Shown here one piece after another: positions 19,309 to 28,236 of a stretch of DNA of 32,000 bases. The notes below the pieces were generated by a model. That model did not search any database, had not been told where the DNA came from, and saw nothing but the letters and a program-made list of their open reading frames with translations. The DNA is from an uncultured archaeon. GTDB lineage: Archaea > Iainarchaeota > Iainarchaeia > Iainarchaeales > JAAZKV01. Both the position numbers and the translations under genes were made by a program. The stretch is from NCBI GenBank assembly GCA_964551375.1, contig CAZKBG010000001.1, positions 777,329-809,328 on the forward strand, in the 5' to 3' direction. Positions within the stretch are counted from its first letter, which is position 1. Every line of letters begins with the position of its first letter.

Positions 19309-20274
19309 ATGCGTGTTAATATGAACAAAATTGGAAATCTAAAGCTGAAAGGAGAAGTATTTCTCGCGCCAATGGCGGATTATACAAATGTGGCATTTCG
19401 AGTGCTTGCCAAAGAATACGGCGCAGCGCTTGTTTATACTGAACTAATTTCCGCAAAAGCGCTGACTATGAAAAGCAAAAAAACAGAAAAAATGCTTCTT
19501 GTCGGGGAATCTGAAAAACCGGTGTTTTTGCAGCTTTTTGGGGCAAATCCTGTTGATTTTGAAAAAGCAATTGGCATGGTTGAGAAAAAATACCCTCTTA
19601 ATTTCGCGGGCTATGACTTAAATTGCGGATGTTCAGTTCCAAAAGCTCTCAAAGGCAAATATGGGTGCTCGCTGATGAACGACTCTCAAATTATAGGACA
19701 AGTTATTTCTTCAATGAAAAAAAGCACTGATAAACCAGTGACCATAAAAATGAGGCTGGGTCTTAAAGAAGAAACTTTTCTTGAAGTTGCGGAAGAAGCG
19801 GTTAATAACGGCGCTGAAGCAATAACACTTCACCCAAGGCTGGGGGAGCAAGGATATTCTGGAGATGCAAACTGGGAAAAAATTGCTCATTTAAAAAAAG
19901 CAGTTGATGTTCCAATAATCGGAAACGGTGATATAAAAAAACCTTCTGATGTTTTGGAGCTGAAAAAGAAAACCAACTGCGACTTTGAAATGGTGGGAAG
20001 GGCTGCAATTGGAAATGCTTTTTTCTTCAAGCAGGCAAACGAAGCAGTTAATGGAAAAGAAATATCCCAAAAAAAGCAAAGCGATGTTAAAAATGAAGGC
20101 TTGCGGTTTTTAGCCCTTGCAAAAGAATTTGGGCTCGGGGTAAATGACGTGCGTCCGTATTTTATCGGATTAAGCAAAGGACTAATCGGGGCTTCAGTTT
20201 TAAGAAACCGATTTGGGCTAAGCAAAACAATTGATGAAATTGAAGACTTTTTTTTAAAATATTTTGAAGATTAA
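19309..20274 (+). CDS. tRNA-dihydrouridine synthase family protein
   Basis: FLAPMADYTNVAFRVLAKEYGAALVYTELISAKAL…, DLNCGCSVPKALKGKYG, TIKMRLG, AEAITLHPRLGEQGYSG, IIGNGDIKKP, MVGRAAIGN: Dus FMN/TIM-barrel motifs. Confidence 0.92.
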   Translation: MRVNMNKIGNLKLKGEVFLAPMADYTNVAFRVLAKEYGAALVYTELISAKALTMKSKKTEKMLLVGESEKPVFLQLFGANPVDFEKAIGMVEKKYPLNFAGYDLNCGCSVPKALKGKYGCSLMNDSQIIGQVISSMKKSTDKPVTIKMRLGLKEETFLEVAEEAVNNGAEAITLHPRLGEQGYSGDANWEKIAHLKKAVDVPIIGNGDIKKPSDVLELKKKTNCDFEMVGRAAIGNAFFFKQANEAVNGKEISQKKQSDVKNEGLRFLALAKEFGLGVNDVRPYFIGLSKGLIGASVLRNRFGLSKTIDEIEDFFLKYFED

Positions 20275-20350
20275 CTGGCAGTTTGAATGTTTAGTTTGAT
20301 TCTAAAAAATCGGCTTGCCAAGCCGGAGTTGGCAGTTAATCTGATTTAAA

Positions 20351-20512
20351 TTACATTTCAGGCGCATAAACAGTTCGTTCTGTCTTATGGGCTTTTTTAA
20401 CATAGCCTAATGATGATTCCTTCATCAATTTTTCGCATTTAGTCGAGCAGAATTTAACCGAAGCGTCAGCTGCCTCAAAGATTACTCCGCACCTTGCACA
20501 TAATTTCTTCAT
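20351..20512 (-). CDS. Small zinc-ribbon/treble-clef-like protein (~53 aa)
   Basis: MKKLCARCGVIFEAADASVKFCSTKCEKLMKE: CxxC…CxxxC metal-binding pattern. The internal ATG (MKKLC…) is more plausible than the ORF-track start at 20560. Confidence 0.65.
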   Translation of the reverse strand: MKKLCARCGVIFEAADASVKFCSTKCEKLMKESSLGYVKKAHKTERTVYAPEM

Positions 20513-20597
20513 TTTCCCACCATCCACCGCCCCGCTACGGGCAATAATCTTTCTTATCATAAGGGCTTTAAAATATGATTATTAGGCGCTTTTAGTC

Positions 20598-21257
20598 ATG
20601 TATCGCATATTGTTGGACACAAGTTTTTCGGGTAAGCTTAAAAATAATAAATGCCTAAATAAAAGCATGGTTGAATTAAGCGAATCAGCAAGAAAAATGG
20701 CAAAAGAAGCTGAAGAATGGGCTGAAAAACAGAAACTATTGCACATGTCCGAAATCAGCATTATTCTTGAATCATATGATTCGATATTTTCTGATTTTGA
20801 CCCACGAACTTATGCTCAAAGATCCCTTTCAGTGGATTTTTTAACTGAAATAAAGCGCGCAACAAGAGAAAACAAATCAGGAGTAATAGAGCTAAACCTG
20901 CTGATACCAGTTGAGAAAAAAAATGATGAAGTGGAGGCGAAAGTCCGAAAAAGGCTTCATGAATATTTTAGGAAACACTATGATATCACAAAAAGAGAAG
21001 TTGACGCAGTAAGAAGCAAAGGCGCAATAATGATAGGTGTTGGATTAAGTCTTTCAATGGTTGCCGCGGTTTTTGTCTACCCTACCGGATCAACTAATAT
21101 ATTAAATAATATAATTTTGGTGCTGATTGAACCTGCAGCATGGTTTACAATATGGGAAGGGGCGAACAAAGTTTTTGACACTTGGAGAGTGCTTGAGCCA
21201 GATCTTGAATTTTTTAGAAAAATGATAAAAAGCGAGATAACCTTTACAAGGTATTAG
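20598..21257 (+). CDS. Hypothetical membrane protein, 219 aa, two hydrophobic segments near the C-terminus
   Basis: ORF with hydrophobic stretches (GAIMIGVGLSLSMVAAVFVYP; ILNNIILVLIEPAAWFTIW). Stop at 21257 is 1 nt from the next start, indicating co-transcription. Confidence 0.8.
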   Translation: MYRILLDTSFSGKLKNNKCLNKSMVELSESARKMAKEAEEWAEKQKLLHMSEISIILESYDSIFSDFDPRTYAQRSLSVDFLTEIKRATRENKSGVIELNLLIPVEKKNDEVEAKVRKRLHEYFRKHYDITKREVDAVRSKGAIMIGVGLSLSMVAAVFVYPTGSTNILNNIILVLIEPAAWFTIWEGANKVFDTWRVLEPDLEFFRKMIKSEITFTRY

Positions 21258-21258
21258 T

Positions 21259-23160
21259 ATGCAAAAAAAACTGCTGCTGCTCTTTCTGATTTTGCTCATT
21301 GCCTCAAGCGCGATGGCAAAGAGCTTCACATTCACAAATGTTGACATAAACTATGTTTTTTCCCCTGACTCAAGCGCGCAGGTGACAGAAAAGTTAACCT
21401 TTAATTTTGACGGCTCATTCAGCTTCGCATACAGGGATATTGAATTAAAAAACGGGCAAAGCGTAACTGATTTTTATGCGTATGAAGAAACCGGTGCACA
21501 ATTGATTCCGCTTATAGTTGAAGTTGAAGATACAATGGAAGGAGTGAGGGCAACATGGCACTACTCTGCTTCAAATGAGAAAAAAACATTTGTGCTCAAG
21601 TACAACTTAAAAGGCTCGGTTAATTCATATACTGATTCTTACGAATTTTACTGGAAACTTTGGGGCTCAAGCTGGGAAGCGCAGGTTGAATCATTCCGTG
21701 CTCAACTGACTTTCCCAAAATACCTTGCAGAAGGAACAAAAATCTGGATTCACCCAAAAATTGACGCAAGATACGAATGGAACGGGCCAGTTGTGGAAAT
21801 ATTCGCAAACAATATCCCCAGCGAAACATTTCTTGAAGCAAGAATACTATTCAATAAAGAAGTAATGAGCGGAGAATACGCCGTTCAAAAACAAATGAGC
21901 GGAATAACTGAAGTAAACAGAGACGAGGATTTATTTGCTGCAAGGGAAAAAGCAAATGAAGAACTCGCGGCATTAATGTGGATTGCTCCAGTTTTGTGCA
22001 TGCTGATACTCGCAGGGTCATTTATTTATTTTTATAAAAAACACGGAGTTGAACCAAATGTTAGAAAAATTCTTTACATGCGAGACATTCCGTCAGAGGA
22101 CAAACCTTATTTTGTTGATTATTTGGTGAATATGGGTGTGACTGAAAACGGACTCATAGCAACGCTTATTGATTTAGTAAGACGAAATCATATTCAAATT
22201 GAAAAAATTACTAAAGGGATGGTTTTCAAAAGCGATGATTTTGTGCTGACAAGAACAAAAGGAAATGATTCTCTTTCAAAACCTGAAGAAGAATTAATCG
22301 GGGAGTTATTTTACAACGGTGAGGAAACTCCGATTAAATTAAGCGAATTCACCGCGTACAGACGAACAATCACAACTTCACTCTTAACACAATGGGCTGA
22401 GTGGGTTGTGGAAGAACTTGGAATTAAAGGCGACAAAACCAAATACTTTAATTTTACTGGGCGAAACAACTTCATGATAATTTCAGTATTAATGATACTT
22501 GGAATTATTGCGATTGGATTTATTGCGGCGGGAGAAAATGCAATTCTCTTAATAATGGCGACTTTCATTATTGGAATGTTTTCAATAGTTATGGGAATAG
22601 GATTATTTGCAGTAAAAGGGCTTGCAAAAATTTACATAGTCGGTTTTATGCTTGTGTGGGGCGGAATGATGGGCTTTGGAGTTGGAATGGCCTTTCTTAC
22701 CGAACCAGGATTTGAAATATTAATGCCGCTTGTAATTGCGGAAATAATTTGCATATTATTTGTCACAAGCGCATTTTCAATGAAAGGAGTTCTTCCAAGC
22801 ATTCTGCCGGAGTGGGCGCAAAAACGCGAAGAATGGGAAGGCTTGCAAAGATTTCTTGACACTTTTGGGCAGATGAAAGAAAAAACAGTTCCTGAAGTGG
22901 TTCTTTGGGAAAAATATTTAGTATTTGCGGCAGTGTTTGGAAATACTGATAAAATTCTAAAACAATATTCTGAAAGCGTAAGCGCAGAACTTGCAAAACG
23001 CAGCACCACAATGACTGCATTCTCAAGCGCGGCAGTTTACTCAAGCTTTTCTTCAAGCATGAGCTCGGGATTTAATTCATCAGTTTCAGGCTCTGGCTCG
23101 GGCGGCTCAAGCGGGGGCGGCGGCGGAGGAGGAGGCGGCGGGGGCGGCGGAGCAGGCTAA
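21259..23160 (+). CDS. DUF2207-like membrane protein with N-terminal extracellular domain and Gly-rich C-terminus
   Basis: Signal peptide (LLLLFLILLIASSAMA), FTFTNVDINYVFSPDSSAQVTEKLTFNFDGSFSFAYRDI…, several TM segments, terminal SSFSSSMSSGFNSSVSGSGSGGSSGGGGGG tail typical of DUF2207 proteins. Confidence 0.85.
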   Translation: MQKKLLLLFLILLIASSAMAKSFTFTNVDINYVFSPDSSAQVTEKLTFNFDGSFSFAYRDIELKNGQSVTDFYAYEETGAQLIPLIVEVEDTMEGVRATWHYSASNEKKTFVLKYNLKGSVNSYTDSYEFYWKLWGSSWEAQVESFRAQLTFPKYLAEGTKIWIHPKIDARYEWNGPVVEIFANNIPSETFLEARILFNKEVMSGEYAVQKQMSGITEVNRDEDLFAAREKANEELAALMWIAPVLCMLILAGSFIYFYKKHGVEPNVRKILYMRDIPSEDKPYFVDYLVNMGVTENGLIATLIDLVRRNHIQIEKITKGMVFKSDDFVLTRTKGNDSLSKPEEELIGELFYNGEETPIKLSEFTAYRRTITTSLLTQWAEWVVEELGIKGDKTKYFNFTGRNNFMIISVLMILGIIAIGFIAAGENAILLIMATFIIGMFSIVMGIGLFAVKGLAKIYIVGFMLVWGGMMGFGVGMAFLTEPGFEILMPLVIAEIICILFVTSAFSMKGVLPSILPEWAQKREEWEGLQRFLDTFGQMKEKTVPEVVLWEKYLVFAAVFGNTDKILKQYSESVSAELAKRSTTMTAFSSAAVYSSFSSSMSSGFNSSVSGSGSGGSSGGGGGGGGGGGGGAG

Positions 23161-23220
23161 AGTTTAGTTTAAAGATTAGTTTAAAGTTTAGTTTAAAGTT
23201 TAATCTAAAGATTAGTTTAA
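23161..23220. repeat. Five tandem 12-bp imperfect units (AG[TA]TTAGTTTAA) directly after a stop codon
   Basis: agtttagtttaa / agattagtttaa / agtttagtttaa / agtttaatctaa / agattagtttaa, read directly. Confidence 0.9.
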
Positions 23221-23305
23221 CAAATAGTTTTAGTTTATTGGGTTAAGTTTTTTTATTTAGTTTTATTTTATAGCTTTTTATTTTTGGTTTAATTTTATCA
23301 AGCGT

Positions 23306-23926
23306 TTAATCTTCATCATTAATTCCAATCTGCTGATCAAGCTCTTCGGCTGTTCGCTTTAGCTGCGCAAAGATTCGTTCAACATCCTCTTCAATTTCTT
23401 CAATAGTCCTTTTCATGCTCCTGCTTCTTGAGGAATAAAATTTCCCGTTCTTTTCAATCAGCCCTGAGCGCTGCAAATTATTTAAGTGATTAATAGTCGC
23501 GCCCCTGCTCATCCCAACTCTTTCAGCTAATGCAGTGCTGCTTAACGCTTCTCCTTTTTCAGTGGCAAGAACTATTTCCTTAAACACCGCTGCAGCATTT
23601 TTCTCCTTATCAATCGGCTCAAAAAATCCAAGCGAAGAGCAAATCCATGCTAACTGATGCTCAAAATCTTCCCTAAAAGGTCTCTCAACTTTTCTAACAA
23701 CCACTTTGAATCTTGCTCTTCTTGTGGGAACATGCTTAACAGAGCCTTTCATGATTGGAAGAGAATGAAAATCTTCAATAAGACCGTTTGGGTTAATTTT
23801 AATCTCAATTTTTGAAACCTTTGGTTTTTTTAGCTTAGTTTTCTTATTTCTTAATTTTGCGAGCGGATTAGCTATTTCAGGCCTGTAAATATCAGGGTAA
23901 TTAGATTTTTGGCTGTTTTTTGCCAT
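23306..23926 (-). CDS. HTH (winged-helix, MarR/ArsR-like) transcriptional regulator-like protein
   Basis: C-terminal region EKGEALSSTALAERVGMSRGATINHLNNLQRSGLIEKNGKFYSSRSRSMKRTIEEIEEDVERIF is a clear wHTH. Divergent from the grpE-dnaK-dnaJ cluster. Confidence 0.8.
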   Translation of the reverse strand: MAKNSQKSNYPDIYRPEIANPLAKLRNKKTKLKKPKVSKIEIKINPNGLIEDFHSLPIMKGSVKHVPTRRARFKVVVRKVERPFREDFEHQLAWICSSLGFFEPIDKEKNAAAVFKEIVLATEKGEALSSTALAERVGMSRGATINHLNNLQRSGLIEKNGKFYSSRSRSMKRTIEEIEEDVERIFAQLKRTAEELDQQIGINDED

Positions 23927-24016
23927 TAAACCACGCTTCTACAAGCTACATGAAAGGAAGTATTTAAAAAGACTTTGTTTAAATAAGATTGATATTGTTT
24001 AAAGAGTTTAGACAAA
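23927..24016. promoter_or_regulatory. Divergent promoter region between HTH regulator and grpE, with a direct repeat TTGTTTAAA x2 spaced 20 bp
   Basis: TTGTTTAAA at 23975-23983 and 23995-24003. AT-rich TATA-like tattTAAAAA at ~23961. Located between divergent genes. Confidence 0.5.
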
Positions 24017-24715
24017 ATGGTGGTTTTAGTGTCTATAATCAACAATAATACCGATAATTCAAGCAATAATAGCTCAAAAGAGGCTCCAAAAGGGGCTAAA
24101 GAAGGGCAATTAGGAGGCCAAAACCCTGCCCAAACTGGTCCAAACCAGCACAACTGCGAGTGCAAATGTGCTCATGAGGGGCAAAAAGCAAATAGTGAAG
24201 CTGGGAAATGCCACTGCGAAGATGAAAAATGCAACTGCAAAAATGCAAAAGAAAGCGAAGCGCAAAAACCACAAGACGCAAAAGTAAAAGACTTGACAAT
24301 TACCCTTCAAAGACTTCAAGCAGAATTTGAAAACTACCAAAAAAGAAACATAAAGCAAAACGAAGAATTTCGAACACTTGCAAACGCAAGATTAATTGAA
24401 GAAATGCTTCCAGTGCTTGACTCGCTTGAACAGGGAATGAAACATGATAAAGCGCTAGTGATAGTTCACGAACAGCTTTACACAATTTTAAAGAAAAACG
24501 GCTTAGCAAAAATACATGCAGAAAGAGGAATGAAATTTAACCATGACAAAATGGAATGCTTAATGCAGGAAACTGACGCCAGCCTCAAAGAAGACGCGGT
24601 AGTGAATGTATTAATGGCAGGATATGAATTAAGCGGAAAAATATTAAGACTTGCAAAAGTAAGCGTGAACGCATTAAAAGCAAATAACGCCGGCGGAAGC
24701 GAAGCAAAGAAGTAA
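24017..24715 (+). CDS. grpE: Nucleotide exchange factor GrpE, with Cys-rich N-terminal extension
   Basis: LQRLQAEFENYQKRNIKQNEEFRTLANARLIEEMLPVLDSLEQGMKH… MLQKKNGL / FNHDKMECLMQETD… and position directly upstream of dnaK. Confidence 0.9.
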   Translation: MVVLVSIINNNTDNSSNNSSKEAPKGAKEGQLGGQNPAQTGPNQHNCECKCAHEGQKANSEAGKCHCEDEKCNCKNAKESEAQKPQDAKVKDLTITLQRLQAEFENYQKRNIKQNEEFRTLANARLIEEMLPVLDSLEQGMKHDKALVIVHEQLYTILKKNGLAKIHAERGMKFNHDKMECLMQETDASLKEDAVVNVLMAGYELSGKILRLAKVSVNALKANNAGGSEAKK

Positions 24716-24817
24716 TTTGTTGGAGAGATTTTAGGATTAAGTAAAAATAGAAAGTCAAAGGAAAAAGAATTATATTTGGAGTAAATTTTTAGAAATAAAA
24801 ATTGGAGTGTGAGTAAA

Positions 24818-26683
24818 ATGGCAAAAATAATAGGAATAGATTTAGGAACATCAAACAGCGCAGCAAGCGTACTTGAAGGGGGAAAACCAAAAATAATTCC
24901 CTCAGCAGAAGGAAACACAGTTTATGGAAAAGCCTTCCCAAGTTACGTAGCTTTCTCAAAAGACGGAAAACTATTAGTCGGAGAACCAGCAAGAAGACAA
25001 GCAGTAACAAACCCAGACAGAACTATTACAAAAGCAAAAAGAAAAATGGGGACAGGCCACAAATACTTGCTTGACGAAAAAAGTTATACTCCTCAACAGA
25101 TATCCGCATTCATACTTCAAAAAATAAAAAGAGACGCAGAAGCGTTCTTAGGCGAAAAAGTAGAAAAAGCAGTAATCACAGTGCCAGCATATTTTGACGA
25201 CAATCAAAGACAGGCCACAAAAGACGCGGGACAAATCGCCGGGCTTGAAGTTGTAAGAATTATAAACGAACCGACAGCCGCAGCGCTTGCATACGGACTT
25301 GACAAAAAAGGAAAAGACTCAAAAATAATGGTGTTTGACCTTGGAGGCGGAACACTTGATGTAACAATAATGGAGCTGGGAAGCGGAGTGTTTGAAGTAA
25401 AATCAACTTCAGGAGACACAGAACTTGGCGGAACAGACATGGATGAAACAGTGCTTAAGTACATTGTTGACGAATTCAAAAAAACAAACGGCGTAGACTT
25501 AATGAAAGACTCAATGGCTGTGCAAAGAGTAAGAGAAGCCGCTGAAAAAGCAAAAATAGAGCTTTCAACAGTTCTTGAAACAGACATAAACCTTCCATAC
25601 ATTACAGCAACACCAGAAGGGCCAAAACACTTAGCAATGAGACTAAACAGAGCAAAACTTGAAGAACTAATCGCACCGCTTGTAAAAAGATGCGAAAAGC
25701 CAATCACACAATCACTTGCTGACGCAAAATTAACAGCAGCAGATATTGAAAAAGTAATTCTTGTAGGCGGACCGACAAGAATGCCAATAATACAAGAATT
25801 TGTAAAAAAAGTAACAGGAATCGAGCCAGAACGCGGAATAGATCCGATGGAATGTGTTGCAATGGGCGCAGCAGTTCAGGGAGGAGTATTAGCAGGAGAA
25901 GTAAAAGATGTACTTTTACTTGATGTAACTCCGCTAAGCCTTGGAATAGAAACACTGGGCGGAGTATTTACAAAAATAATTGACAGAAACACGACAATTC
26001 CCACAAAGAAATCACAAGTATTTTCAACAGCAAGCGACAATCAAACTGCAGTTGACATACACGTGCTGCAAGGAGAAAGACCTCTGGCAAGAGACAATAA
26101 ATCCTTAGGAAGATTCCAATTAGTCGGAATACTGCCAGCTCCAAGAGGAATGCCTCAAATCGAAGTAATCTTTGATATTGACGCAAACGGAATAGTTCAC
26201 GTAACCGCAAAGGACACAGGAACAGGAAAAGAACAGAGCATCAAAATTGTTTCCTCACAAAAGCTTGATGAAAAAGAAATTGAGAGAATGAAGAAAGAAG
26301 CTGAAAGCCACGCAGAAGAAGACAAGAAGGTAAAAGAAGAAATAGAAATCTTCAACTCAGCAGACGCTACAATCTACTCGACAGAAAAAATGCTTGAAGA
26401 GCTCAAAGACAAGCTTGGCGAAGACCACAAAAAGAAAATCACAGCAAAGCTTGACGACTTGAAAAGCGCGGTAAAGAAAGAGCCAAAATCAGTAAGCGAA
26501 GTAAAATCAAAATCAGACGAACTGAATAAAGCTCTAAGCGAAGTGGGCTCGGAAGTATACGGCAAAAATGCGCAAGGGCCGGGAGCAAATCCCGGCGCAG
26601 GCCCAAATGCTTCAGGCGCTGACCCTGAAGGCGACGAAAAAGTGGTTGACGCAGAATTTGAGGACAAAGGAAAGAAAAAGTAA
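24818..26683 (+). CDS. dnaK: Chaperone DnaK (Hsp70)
   Basis: [29 protein letters not shown]…, [63 protein letters not shown]-type [14 protein letters not shown]. Start at ATG24818 is more likely than GTG24809. Confidence 0.98.
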   Translation: MAKIIGIDLGTSNSAASVLEGGKPKIIPSAEGNTVYGKAFPSYVAFSKDGKLLVGEPARRQAVTNPDRTITKAKRKMGTGHKYLLDEKSYTPQQISAFILQKIKRDAEAFLGEKVEKAVITVPAYFDDNQRQATKDAGQIAGLEVVRIINEPTAAALAYGLDKKGKDSKIMVFDLGGGTLDVTIMELGSGVFEVKSTSGDTELGGTDMDETVLKYIVDEFKKTNGVDLMKDSMAVQRVREAAEKAKIELSTVLETDINLPYITATPEGPKHLAMRLNRAKLEELIAPLVKRCEKPITQSLADAKLTAADIEKVILVGGPTRMPIIQEFVKKVTGIEPERGIDPMECVAMGAAVQGGVLAGEVKDVLLLDVTPLSLGIETLGGVFTKIIDRNTTIPTKKSQVFSTASDNQTAVDIHVLQGERPLARDNKSLGRFQLVGILPAPRGMPQIEVIFDIDANGIVHVTAKDTGTGKEQSIKIVSSQKLDEKEIERMKKEAESHAEEDKKVKEEIEIFNSADATIYSTEKMLEELKDKLGEDHKKKITAKLDDLKSAVKKEPKSVSEVKSKSDELNKALSEVGSEVYGKNAQGPGANPGAGPNASGADPEGDEKVVDAEFEDKGKKK

Positions 26684-26751
26684 AACTAAGCCCGCGGACG
26701 GAGATTATAAAATATAATTTAGAAAAGAGTTTAACCTAAGGGAGAAAGCAA

Positions 26752-26877
26752 ATGGATGAAAACAAAACTTTGACTGGGTTAGAAGACAAGGAAAAGAAAG
26801 CTGACATTAAGCCAAAAGAAAAATCAGATAAAGGGCTTGCGGCTAAATCCCCAAAAGAGATTTGGCTTGCAAGTTAA
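26752..26877 (+). CDS. Possible 41-aa Lys-rich small protein between dnaK and dnaJ (not in ORF track)
   Basis: ATG to TAA: MDENKTLTGLEDKEKKADIKPKEKSDKGLAAKSPKEIWLAS, preceded by a GGGAG ribosome-binding-like sequence 10 nt upstream. Confidence 0.4.
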   Translation: MDENKTLTGLEDKEKKADIKPKEKSDKGLAAKSPKEIWLAS

Positions 26878-27027
26878 ATTCTTTCCAAGTCAAATATGGG
26901 CGCTTAATTTAATGGTGGGTATAAAAAACCATTTGAGCGAAAAATAGTAAAGCAGGAAAATAAATATACTGCGCAAAATATTTGAAAAAAAGCTAAAAAA
27001 AGGCTGGCTGAAACTAAGTGATAAAGA

Positions 27028-28152
27028 ATGGCTGATTATTACGAAATATTGGGATTAAAGAAAGGCGCAAGTTCTGAAGAGATAAAAAAAGCCTACAAAG
27101 AGCTTGCAAAAAAATACCATCCTGATGTTTCAAAAGAGCACGAAGCTGAAAAAAAGTTCAAGGAAATAAATGAAGCCTATTCAGTACTATCTGACTCTGA
27201 CAAAAAAGCAAAATACGACACTTACGGCGAAGACGCATTTAAAGGATACTCAGGCGGAGCAGGATTTTCAAGCAGAAACTTTGATTTTGAAGATATTTTC
27301 AGCCAATTCTCAAACTTCGGCTTTTCTGATTTTGGAGACATATTCGGAGGCGGAGGCGGGAGCTCAGGAGCTGGAGCAAGAGGAAGAAAAGACAACGGCT
27401 CAAATGTAAAACTAAATTTGAATTTAAGCTTTGAAGAAGCAGCATTTGGGACAACAAAAGAAATTGAATATGAAAGAATTGAAAAATGCGAAAAATGCCA
27501 CGGAAGCGGAGCGGAAGGCTCGCTAAAGAAGTGCTCAACATGCCAGGGAAGAGGAGTAGAAGTAAGACAACAGAGAACTCCGTTTGGAATATTCCAATCA
27601 CAGTCAGTATGCCGAACCTGCCACGGCAGGGGAGAGATTCCTGAAAAAGAATGCAGAGAATGCGGAGGAGACGGACTAACAGCAAAACCTTCAAGAGTAA
27701 GCGTGAAAATCCCTGCAGGAATAAACACAAACAATCACTTAAGACTCTCTGGAAAAGGGCATGAAGGAAGACACGGCGCAGGAGATTTATACATTGTAAT
27801 ATTTGTAGAGCCGCATGAAATATTCAAACGCGACGAAGAAGACATTTATGCGGAAATTCCGGTGGCTTATTCAGAAGCAGCGCTTGGCGCAACTGTGGAT
27901 GTTCCAACACTCCACGGCAAAGCAGAACTAAAAATTCCAAGCGGAACACAGAGTGGAACAATATTTAGAATCAAAGGAAAAGGAATACAGAAATTAAACA
28001 AAGAAGCATTCGGAGACGAATACATCAAAGTAATAGTGACAACTCCAAGCAAACTTTCAAAAAAACAAAAAGAGCTTCTTGAACAATTAAAGAAAGAAGA
28101 TGACGCTTCAAAGAAAAGAAAAGGATTTATTGACAAAATCCTTGGAAAGTGA
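27028..28152 (+). CDS. dnaJ: Chaperone DnaJ (type I Hsp40)
   Basis: J-domain [31 protein letters not shown], Gly-rich region, four CxxCxGxG-type zinc motifs ([32 protein letters not shown]). Confidence 0.97.
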   Translation: MADYYEILGLKKGASSEEIKKAYKELAKKYHPDVSKEHEAEKKFKEINEAYSVLSDSDKKAKYDTYGEDAFKGYSGGAGFSSRNFDFEDIFSQFSNFGFSDFGDIFGGGGGSSGAGARGRKDNGSNVKLNLNLSFEEAAFGTTKEIEYERIEKCEKCHGSGAEGSLKKCSTCQGRGVEVRQQRTPFGIFQSQSVCRTCHGRGEIPEKECRECGGDGLTAKPSRVSVKIPAGINTNNHLRLSGKGHEGRHGAGDLYIVIFVEPHEIFKRDEEDIYAEIPVAYSEAALGATVDVPTLHGKAELKIPSGTQSGTIFRIKGKGIQKLNKEAFGDEYIKVIVTTPSKLSKKQKELLEQLKKEDDASKKRKGFIDKILGK

Positions 28153-28236
28153 AAAATACACTATATTTTCTTTTACGGCAAAACACCCCTGTTTCTTATA
28201 AAAACTCTTGCAAAGGGAATAAATTAGTGCAATAAA

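Noticed and set aside
20485-20560. N-terminal extension of the zinc-ribbon ORF (MIRKIIARSGAVDGGK…)
   Set aside because: The upstream part coincides with a small CCCG-CTA-CGGG hairpin and its residues look non-conserved. The internal ATG giving MKKLCARCGV is the more typical start.
24096-28136. Numerous ORFs antisense to grpE/dnaK/dnaJ and plus-frame ORF 27170-27409
   Set aside because: They overlap highly conserved chaperone genes and read as low-complexity by-products of codon usage.
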